Below are positions 24,801 to 36,800 of a stretch of DNA of 47,198 nt, in pieces. The translations under genes were made by a program, and so were the position numbers. The DNA comes from Nemertoderma westbladi (taxonomy: Eukaryota; Animalia; Xenacoelomorpha): positions 1 through 47,198 of the forward strand of contig JAUCBJ010002733.1 of the NCBI GenBank assembly GCA_032718475.1, in the 5' to 3' direction. The notes under the pieces were generated by a model. It had not been told where the DNA came from and made no database searches. It was given only the letters and a program-made list of their open reading frames with translations. The stretch's first letter is position 1. The number at the start of each line of letters is the position of its first letter.

Positions 24801-27800
24801 TATAATGCGAGGCTTTTTAATATCCTAGTGATGCGAGGATCTTAATAGAAGCGAGAACTCTAATCTTATAAAGTGCTAATGAAAGTACCGGTTTATAATT
24901 ATATGATAACCTGAACAAAAATCCGCATTAAGAAAAATTGAGTGGCGCTTTAATAGAACGTTATAATTATTATCATTTCAAGCAATTTATGATTTATCTC
25001 TGTGACCAATAATTGACCAAAATAAAATAGTTCAATCCCAGTAAAGTATTGTACCAACTTCTAAAGGAGTAGCCTAATAAAGGATTGATCTCCACAAAAA
25101 CGCCTTGAACTTTTCAAACATGTTTATAATTGTCTCAGCTAAAGGTATAAAGCCTTAAAGAATTAAGAATATTCTGTGTTTCGGTTTTTCGGTTTTTCAT
25201 CCCAATGCACAAGAAAGTCAAATACTGTATTGAGAAATTTTGAATATTTTGTTGAATGTTTGTATATTAATTTGACCTGCTAATATCTCCCTGCAATTCC
25301 AAATGTGGTGTGTTTTGAGTTGAATAGGAATCCTTCTTCTCTTAGAACAGAAAACTGAAGAGTCATATCAACTGATTCTAGAGATACAATTCTTAGGTAA
25401 CTTACACAACAGGCAACCTTAGAAGCATTAGAGAAGTTTTCACATTTCACTATAAGGAGAAAAATGTTCAACACCAAACTTGGATGCTTAGCTTTCCTTT
25501 CCTCAATCTATGACTCGCACTTAGTCTGATATCTCCTTTTGTTGTTGCTGGCTGTTTACTTATACAAAACATTTGGAAGTGTGATGATGAACACACTCAT
25601 AAACAGCCCCAATTGTGGTCATGATGTAGTGAAATTATTCTTCTGTCAGAAATACCAATACCAAGAGCTTATCGTGGTTCGTCACTTCCCAAGACATTAT
25701 TCTGCTACGAGATACACAACTTCTCTAATGCTTCTAAGGTTGCCTGTTGTGTAAGTTACCTAGGAATTGTATCTCTAGAATCAGTTAATATGACTCTTCA
25801 GTTTTCTGTTCTAAGAGAAGAAGGATTCCTATTCAACTCAAAACATACCACATTTGGAATTGCAGGGAGATATTAGCAGGTCAAATTAATATACAAACAT
25901 TCAACAAAATATTCAAAATTTCTCAATATTTGACTTTCTTGTGCATTGGGAAGATGACATCGTTAGGGGTAATAATTGGCACATAAACTTAATGATGGCA
26001 CAAGATACCTTTTGGATTCTACTTCGTTTCTAAAATCAAAAATGTTCTTACAATTTGATTTTCCTAAAAATTGTCCGATTTTAGTAAATTCTACAATGTT
26101 TGGCCTCAGTATGCATCAGGAAGACCAACACATGATGCGCTTATTTTTTGCATGTTATTTTATGTTGCCCTTCCACAACTTTTGCACACTACTTCATCTC
26201 CAAAATCCAAAATTCGCATTTTTTCATCCACCCTAACACACACCCCACCTCCCACCTCTATTCCTATCCTTACGTACAATTACATAGTTATCAATATGGA
26301 CATCACCATCATCCAGCCATGTTTCGGGAATTGTTATTATTGCAACATTCGTTTTAACTGATAGAATTTTAAGCTCAGATATTTTGGGAAGCAAAGATCG
26401 AAAGATCAGATGTTTAATTGTAAAAAATGTAAGCCCTTTCTCTTAAAACATTGGAAGGTATCACCCTCATCTTCACTTGATTGTTGCAAGGGTGAAGAGA
26501 TAGGTTCAACAAGTTCATTATCTAATGAATCTTCAAAAATTAGAAGTTCAGAAAAAGTGAACTGTTACAAAAATAAATTGGGGTGTTGCTATTTCTGATG
26601 GTGGAATATTTAGCTAAAGACCTACGGTAGCACTTGGCATGGGAAAAAGTGTCACATTTCTCACACTCAATGATCTTGCTTCACGAGTTTGCTCCGTGTT
26701 TACATCTCGCATAGATCTTCTTCATCGTCCTGATACTGTAGGATCGGGATTTACCTCGACATCTCCAGCAAAAGTCAATGTGTAGAGTTGGGAAGTCCAT
26801 CCACTAAATCTCACTGGACCAGCTATCCTGCTGCGTCGAGGAAAGAGACTCACACCGTTCATTGTCCAAACTTCTGTCACAATTGGCCATCGCCAGCCAC
26901 GATCTTCTCCGTTAATTTGGAACACTGTTAAGACATCCAATACGGAAATTGGTGGAAGGCTCACCCGGTCCTTTCCCAGCGGAATTCCTTCTGCTGCCAG
27001 CAATCGACCAACCAGAACGAGAACCACCATTACCACGTGTAGTGCCATAATAATCATCAGATTAAAAAATAATTAACCAGTGTATGTGTCAGTGCTGGGT
27101 TTCGGGTTTGGGTGCTGTATCGACGTATTATTATGTGACTACGAGTTGTGACTCGAATCAATAATTTGTGGGCCCAATAAAATGCAGAAATGGCAGTTAT
27201 TAGAAAATCTCATCACAGTATTAGAGTCATATAATAAATGTATAATAATATTGACATTATCAACACTTATTCCAGTATTCGGAATTAATTAATTTATGAC
27301 AGCATGACAGCACAGAAATCTGCCACAGTACATTACCATGTTCCTGCACTTACAGACTTACTTTACCGGTAACACATATGTTTAACATATTCGAGAGGCC
27401 AAAACGCTTACTTAGGTTATGCCAATCTAAAATCAATCAATGATCTATGATTCATACAAAAGAATAAACTCACAGCACCAATTGCAATTATCTTTCAATT
27501 GAGAACATATAATCTAGGCCTATTTGCTATTTATACTGTATTTAACAAATGTCATGACACAAAGTAATTGAGCTTAGGCTACAGGTAACTAGATTTCAAA
27601 CAGTTTCAGTCTTTCGGTGGTCTGCCTGTGGTCAAAGTTTACTGACACATATGCAGCAAACCCTTGCATGCATCCTTTATCAACTACCGTATAATAATCG
27701 TAACTACCGTATCAATAATTTGTGGGCCCAATAAAATGCAGAAATGGCAGTTATTAGAAAATCTCATCACAGTATTAGAGTCATATAATAAATGTATAAT

Positions 27801-30800
27801 AATATTGACATTATCAACACTTATTCCAGTATTCGGAATTAATTAATTTATGACAGCATGACAGCACAGAAATCTGCCACAGTACATTACCATGTTCCTG
27901 CACTTACAGACTTACTTTACCGGTAACACATATGTTTAACATATTCGAGAGGCCAAAACGCTTACTTAGGTTATGCCAATCTAAAATCAATCAATGATCT
28001 ATGATTCATACAAAAGAATAAACTCACAGCACCAATTGCAATTATCTTTCAATTGAGAACATATAATCTAGGCCTATTTGCTATTTATACTGTATTTAAC
28101 AAATGTCATGACACAAAGTAATTGAGCTTAGGCTACAGGTAACTAGATTTCAAACAGTTTCAGTCTTTCGGTGGTCTGCCTGTGGTCAAAGTTTACTGAC
28201 ACATATGCAGCAAACCCTTGCATGCATCCTTTATCAACTACCGTATTATATCAACTACTGTGAAAACAATTCAGACGTTCTATTTATATAATAAAGTTAT
28301 CTATCTGCCTTATAAAGTTATAAGTTATGTAGGTATTACCGTAATACCTAAGGAGTTACAAAATATTTCCATTTTATTAAATTAATTATGATTACATTAA
28401 ATTAGATCTGAAGCCATATATTACCGACAAATACGACCAATTTATTTCATTTTTTTAATAATTTTCGAATTTTAATTTTTTATGCCTCTACTGTAATTAT
28501 ATATTATTACTACTGTACTATGAACCAAAAAAATAATATTAATTAAAACTCACTCATATGCATTTTTTTTCATTTCAGCAAACAACTGTGCAGAAATAGG
28601 TAAGTGATTTTTCTGGGTGTAATGAAATTACTAAATTACATTTTTTCACTAATTTTCCAGAGAATTAGTTGAAAAAGTACCGTTTCACTAATTTTTCAGA
28701 ATATTAGATAAAAAAAACTAAAAAATTAGTTAAAACTTTTTTCAGTAATTTTGATATTATTGAGTGAGAGTAGGCCTACCTGTGCGGTACAAAGATATAA
28801 TTATGTCTAGGCCTACAATAAGTACGGTACGGTGTTGTTATACAGTAAAACAATCATAATAATGTATTGTAAAGGTCTGGTCCATCCTACAGAACCGGAC
28901 ACCTGGTAGGCCTAATAGTATCATCCTTCTGACGATTATTAAGACAATTAATAAATACGTTAATTAATAACTACAATAATTCCAGCAACAAAATGAAAAA
29001 ATAAAATTAGAAATATATTGAACTACAGTAATGCTATGTTATTTTTTAATAAATTAGGTTGCTATGAGGAACAAGATTTGGACTTCCATTGTCCGGGTTG
29101 GGCTGCTGATGGCGAATGCATAGATAACCCATCCTACATGTATGAAAAATGTCAGACATCCTGCAACAAGTGTAATGATGGAACAGGTTAGCTATATCCA
29201 TGCAGCTTGCAATAATATATTATATTATATTATTATATATTTTTTTATATTATTATATTATATTATTATATATTATTATTATATATTACATGTCCTATTA
29301 TATAAGGAACATACACCTGCGACATGTTAAATTGGCTTCTTAATTTACATTTTAATATAATCTAATTGTTCTCAATGGATCTAGGCTAGTAGAATTGTCT
29401 TGAGTGTTTGAGGCTTAGATACCAAGCGAGGTTTGATGTAGACCCATAGGTTTACAGGAATGGGATTCCTGATGAAATGATTGCAGCAATCAGATCAACG
29501 ATGGTTCAACGAAATTTGTGTCTATCTTTGATGTTGACACAGATCCATTCGAAGTATTGCTGTACGGTGAGTCCTCCAAGATGACACACTTGCGCTATTC
29601 TTATTCGCCTGTTAACTTTGAAAGTCTTCAGGAAATGTCTGATCGTGTGAGCATAAGCTCAAAGATGGCATGCTTGAGCTGAGCATGTCAACAATTTTGA
29701 CCTGGTCAAACCTTTTGTAACCTGGGTTCATGGATCTGGAAGTCAGATGAGGACCTTTGAAAGTCATGGGCAGCATTAAATGGACTTTCTAGGATTTGGA
29801 AGTCACACCTAATACATCAGAAACTTAACCCTATGAAACCCGCGGAGGGGGGGGGGGGGGGGGGGATCATATTGGGAAGTTTTCGAGTTATAACACCATT
29901 TTTTTACCCTACTTTTGCACTTATTTGAGACGTTTTTTTTTAATTACATTTCAGAATTTGATTTGTGACATCTCTATTTTTGATTTACACCGGTTTTTCG
30001 TGTTTACAAATAGATGGAATTCATATAAATTAATAAGGAAATTTTGAACTTATTTTTTTAGGCGGGTGCCAAATTTTGGTGCAAGCACCAAATTTTGAAA
30101 TACTGTATGTCGATTTTGTAAATTGATTGTTTGAGCCTGTTTTTTGCGCAATAGGGGTTTTTTGGGGTTCTGGTTTCGATGGAATATATACGAGTTGCAG
30201 CAGGCGTATCAAACTTGTATTTTTTTTGTATTTTTTGCAAATTGGTGCCAGCACGAAATTTTGAAAATCCATTCAATAGATCAATTGCTTGTGACAACTT
30301 ATTTTTCGCGTTTTAGAGGTTTATGACGGTTCTGAATTCAATGGAATAAATAATTATCTAACTAAACATTTCAAACTTGAATTTTTCGGAAGTGGGTGCC
30401 AAATTTGCTGCTAGCACAAATTTTTGAAAACCATCAAATATATAAATTGTTTGTGTCACTTTTTTTTCCTTGTGTTATACAGGATTGTGAGGGTTCTAAA
30501 TTCAATGGAATCTGTAAAAATTTCATAAGAGTTTTCAAACATGTATTTTTCGCCGGTTGGTGACATTTGTTGTGCCAGCACCAAATTTTTGAAAATAAGC
30601 AAATTGATCAAAAGATATTATCATCTTTTTTCTTGCGTTATACGGGTTTTTGAGGATCCTGAATCCGATGGAACCAATAAAAACAGCACCGTACATCTCA
30701 AACTTGTACTTTTTGGTGATGGGTACGAAATTTGGTGGTAGCACAAAAATTTGCCATATTACGCCAAAAAATACGAGTAGCAGTGTTCTAGCAAATTAGA

Positions 30801-33800
30801 AATATATTCCATTAGAATCAGCGCCCCAGAAAACCTGAAAATGTGAATTTATAACATGTATAATTGAATTAAAAAAATTTTGTGTTTAAACTGAAAAGTG
30901 CTGGTTACTTGTTTTTTTTTCATTTTTTTTGCCTACATCGAGGACTAAAACCGCCATTTATAGTATAATGAGATCATTGTTATATATTTTCCAATGGATT
31001 TTTTCACCCCAGAAAATCTGTATTGTAAAACAATTAGCCGAAAATTGTAACTTTCAAATTTTATGAAAATTGTTCACTACTTGTAATTTTGTGCTGCAAA
31101 ATAACCACCCAAGTACATTTTTCGAAAATTTCTCTTTCGTTCGGATTTAGACTAGTGAAATCTACGCACAAACAAAAATACAGTAGAAGGGCGGGTACAC
31201 CGGCCTCATAAGGGCGGGTTGACTATGAGGTCGGTGTACCCGCCCTTCTACTGTATTTTTGTTTGTGCGTAGATTTCACTAGTCTGAATCCGAACGAAAG
31301 AGAAATTTTCGAAAATTGTACTGGGGTGGTTATATAGCCTCAATAGAGTGGATTGCCCAGCCTCAATAGTGTGGGTTGTACAGACTCAATAGGGCGGGTT
31401 GTTCAGCCTCAGAAGGGCGTGTTCACCAGCCTCATAAGGGCGAGCGGCTTCACCAGCCTCAGAAGGGCGGGTTCACCAGCCTCAGAAGAGCGGGTTCACC
31501 AGCCTCAGAAGAGCGGGTTCACCAGCCTCATAAGTCATGTATGTCACTAATGGCAAGGCATAAACATAAGACAATTCCCCTCAAGCAACCCGCCATTGGA
31601 GAATTTAAATATAATATAACCTTTCTAAAGCGACAACAAACAGTGGGTTCACCAGCCTCAGAAGGCCGGCTAGTGCTTTGGCAGCCTCATGGAGACAATA
31701 AGCATGGTGGACAGCCCATGACTTTCTTGAGATGCATCTTAAAGGACACTGGCCTTGAAGAGTCGGATAATGTCGCAAAAACCATGGGGATAGGAAGTTG
31801 TGGCAGTGCAACTTTGTTGATAAGCCGGCACAGCATTCTTAATGCATGCTGCATTTGGTTTGCCAATTGTGGATTGCATGGTGGTGCAAAATAGTTTTGT
31901 TAATCCAGCATAGCATCTCAAAGTGCAGCTTCAATGCAGCAGGCGATATAGATAGATAGATAGATCATCCATGTCTTTCTCGAAATTTTTCCATCATCGC
32001 AAGAAAGTCATGGGATGTCCATCATGATCATTATCTCAAAGAGGTTGCCATAGAACAATATTGTACACAGGTTGGTCCTCACGGCGAAAGCAATGTCCTG
32101 CAAAGCAAAGGTGGCTCTGATGAATTGTCAAGCTTGGGGGACCTGTGAGACAGATTCAATGATGTATAGTCTCTGGTTGGAGATGTGTGCACTGTCTTTG
32201 ACACAGTGAACCAGGTGTAGCATTCTTTTAAATGTGCTGTCTATAGATTTGATGTCCTCAGCAGTTTGAGCACAGCATAGACTCATATATGAGTCATGAG
32301 TCCATGAGACATATAGGTGTAGCACAACAGCTGCTTCAAATAATCTAATCTAATCTAAGTGACTTCAAAATCCTATTAACTGTTGCCCATGCCTTCCCTC
32401 CTGTATTTGAAGGTCACTGATTTCCGGTTCCACAACAGAAATACACAGAACAAACATAAGTCAACCACATGCTCAATCATACCATCCTTAGAGCTTATGC
32501 TCATACGAACAGATATTTCCAGAAAATTTCGAAGTTAACTGTCAATTTTGTTGTCTACTGCACCATGTTCGCTGTTCTAATGACCCAAGTGGACGTGGAG
32601 CTTCCTATAGCGATTCTGAGAGTAACTCCTAAGTCTTGAAGTCAATATCAGGTAGGTGTTTGGCTGATTTTCCTTGACTTTTGGAACCAGTATGACAAGT
32701 GTTACCACATCTTTATTGTGGTAGTTGAAGGACATGCTTAGAACATAATTAACCATAATGAAAAATACGAATGACGTAAGTGTGTCTCACCCTGGAGGAC
32801 TCCCCATAAACTTTGAATGGATCTGTGTCACCATCAATATATAAACAATATAATAATAATATAATACAAGCTGGCAAGCCTGGAGGGTTCACGGTCCTCC
32901 TACTTAATCAGTACAATAATAATACGTTTTCATTCGGCATTCGGGTAGGCCTATGTTTCCTTTTCACTTGTTCCCATCGTAGGCGACCTCATGCTCATCC
33001 CACCACGACCACGACCACCAGTTACGAGTTGGGTAGGCGTCTACCGGCAACCGGTAAGTAATTACGCGCCACACGACGTCATCCCGCCATCCGCCAACAT
33101 TTATACCGGTACGGTAAGCCTACCACCTACCGGCTGGCTACCATCGCACCGTAGGTCTACCGCCTACGCCTACCGGTAACGGTAGGCTACTGCGTACCGG
33201 TACAGCGGTACTCAAAGTCGTACCGGTATTGTCGTAATTGACAAATGCAGGATTAAACCGTAACCCGTTCCAGTACCGGTACCATATGCATCTGAACGAC
33301 TGGACGGTTAATCTCATAGCATAGCTGCATAGGCCTACCGGTAGTCAGTGCGAAATCGCCTGCGAACATGGCGAAATATTATATTTACTGCTAGGGCTAG
33401 GCTAGGACCTACTGCTGTACTGACCTATGACAGTATGAAGATAGGTAGATAGGCCTACAGTGGTCCGGTAGTACCGGTCCGGTATGCCTACTACAGGCAG
33501 ACAATCAGACAGTACTAGCAGTGCTAATTAATTACCTTAATTAAATCTTCAATTAGGTCATAATATAGGTCCAAATTTAAAAATCGGCCTCCGTTAATCG
33601 ATTTAGAAATAATTCAGGTACCTCCATGCCAAATATCAGAATCATTCATTGCGTTCCCTATGACAAGATAGCTTTTTCCTAAACCATGCGAAAACACGCA
33701 AATATAGCGCTCACATCGCACAAATACCATCTCGACACCCAATTTTTTGTATGAGCCTTCGCCATCCCTATATCTAACTTTTGTCCAAATTTTGTTTCGA

Positions 33801-36800
33801 TTGATTAATAAATAACTGAGATATCGCTCTGGACACACACACACACACACACACACACTAACACACACACACACACACATTACGGTAATAATGGTCACTT
33901 ATGTCAAGGACCGTGAACCAATATATAATAATATATATCAATATAATATAATAATCAATATATAGTATATAAAAAAATTTCGTCAACTACAGTATGTAAG
34001 GAGTTAGGACAATTGCCACAGTCCCACTGTATCAACAACAAGTGTATCACAGCTTCAATACAACATACCGATTATACAGTAGTATAGATGCATACTGTAT
34101 ACTGGTCAAGTACAGTTATGTTGTTTTGATTAATTGGGTGTGTGTAGTTTTCCATTTTGTGCCCTATTGCTATGACCCTAACTGTGCTGATTTCCTTTAA
34201 TTTGTAGTCTCCATCCCGATATGGATGATAACTGTGCTGATTTCCTTTGGTTTGTAGTCTCCATTCAGATATGTACACTAACTATGCTGATTTCCTTTGG
34301 TTTGTAATCTCCATCCTGATATGGACATTAACTGTGTTTGGTTTGTAGTCTCCATCTCGATATGGATGCTAATTGCTAACTCAGTGTGATCAGCTGATTT
34401 CATTTAGTTTGCAGTCTCTATCCCGATATGGACACTAACCTGTGCTGATTTCCTTTAGTTTGCAGTCGCTGTCCCGATGTGGATGCTAGCTGTGCTGATT
34501 TCCTTTGGTTTGTATTCTCCATCCCGATATGGATGCTAACTGTGCTAATTTCCTTTGGTTTGTAGTCTCCATCATGATATGTACAGATGTACTGATGTAT
34601 GCTAACTTTGCTACTGTAATTTCCTTTGGTTTGTAGTCTCCATCCCAATATGGATGCTAAATGTGCTGATTTCCTTTAGATTGAAGTCTCCATCCCGATA
34701 TGGACACTAACTGTGCTGATTTCCTTTAGTTTGTAGTCTCGGTCCCTATATGGATGCTAGCTGTGATGATTTCCTTTGGTTTGTAGTCTCCATCCCGATA
34801 TGGATGCTAACTGTGCTGATTCCTTTAGTTTGTAGTCTCGGTGCCTATATGGATGCTAGCTGTGATGATTTCCTTTGGTTTGTAGTCTCCATCCCGATAT
34901 GGATGCTAACTGTGCTGATTCCATTAGGTTGTAGTCTCCATCCCAATATGGATGCTAAATGTGCTGATTTCCTTTAGATTGAAGTCTCCATCCCGATATG
35001 GACACTAACTGTGCTGATTTCCTTTAGTTTGTAGTCTCGGTCCCTATATGGATGCTAGCTGTGATGATTTCCTTTGGTTTGTAGACTCCACCCCGATATG
35101 GATGCTAACTGTGCTGATTTCCTTTAGTTTGTAGTCTCCGTCCCGACATGGATGTTAGCTGTGCTGATTTATTTTAGTTAGTGCTTTCCGACTCGATATG
35201 GATGATAACTGTGCTGATTACTTTAGGTTGTAGTCTCCATCCCAATATGGATGCTAAATGTGCTGATTTCCTTTAGATTGAAGTCTCCATCCCGATATGG
35301 ACACTAACTGTGCTGATTTCCTTTAGTTTGTAGTCTCGGTCCCTATATGGATGCTAGCTGTGATGATTTCCTTTGGTTTGTAGTCTCCATCCCGATATGG
35401 ATGCTAACTGTGCTGATTTCCTTTAGTTTGTAGTCCCCATCACGATATGGATGCTAACTGTGCTGATTTCCTTTAGTTTGTAGTCTCCATCCCGATATGG
35501 ATGCTAGCTGTGCTGATTTCCTTTGGTTTGTAGTCTCCGTCCCGATATGGATGCTAACTGTGCTGATTTCCTTTAGTATGTAGTCTCCATACCGATATGG
35601 ATGATAACTGTGCTGATTTCCTTTAGTTTGTAGTCTCCATACCGATATGGATGATAACTGTGCTGATTTCCTTTGCTTTGTATTAGTTTGTAGTCTCCAT
35701 CATGATATGTATGCTAACTTTGCTACTGTAATTTCCTTTGGTTTGTAGTCTCCACCACGACATGGATGTTAGCTGTGCTGATTTATTTTAGTTTGTGCTT
35801 TCCGACCTGATATGGATGCTAACTGAGCTGATTTCCTTTGGTTTGTAGTCTCCATCCCTACATGGATGCTAACTCTGCTGATTTATTTCAGTTTGTCCTT
35901 TCCGACCCGATATGGATGATAACTGTGAAGGATGGGCTGCGGCTGGAGAATGCACTGCTAACCCTCGCTACATGTATAACTACTGCCAGGTCAGCTGTAA
36001 CTACTGTGACAACCAAGGGAGCTGCATAGAGCAACCGGATATTGGTCCCGAGTGTGATGGATGGGCAGCGGTTGGTGATTGCACTAACAACCCGAGTTAC
36101 ATGTATCAACACTGTCAAACTGCTTGTAACAAATGTAACGATGGTATAGGTGAGAGTTACTTTCTTATATTAATGAATGTGTGAAATTAAATTGTATACT
36201 CTACAGTATAGCAAAAAAAACACTGTATACTATACGAAGATTTAAATTATTAAGAAGATTTAGGCCCGGTTTCTCAAAACTCACTTACTTAAATTGGGCA
36301 CTTAAACTAAGTGTTTTGTTTCTAAGTGCCCCTTAAATTTATTTGCAGTTTCTCAAAACTTAAATGGCCATTTAAAATTTCACATTTAAGGGATTACTTA
36401 AGGGGGGGGGGGGGGGGGGGGGTATACCCCCCCATGAACCTTTTTTTTTTAAATGGCTATCAATTAGTGTTAAATGATAATATTGCTATGCTCATGGTCA
36501 ACCACTGTATGGAAGGCCAAATAGCCTTTATAGTAAAATTTGAAAATGTATAGCCTCCACCTAGCGGCTGGCGGCGGAATTAAAGATTTCACTAAAATTG
36601 CTACTAGTTTCTCAATTTTGGTCCAAATTTCTTGAAATCAACTTTTTTGGACTCAGCGTGATCGACTCTACAAAACTTATCTTATAGAATTTCTAATTAG
36701 CCATTTTTATTTTAATTAATTAACTTAATTAATTAATTATCATATTTTTAATTAAAATTGGCTAATTAGAAAAAATTGTAATATTTATCAAAATTCCATA

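Noticed and set aside
34072-34977. Short ORFs inside the 50-bp array as independent genes
   Set aside because: They are frame-shifting translations of a repeat whose length is not a multiple of 3.
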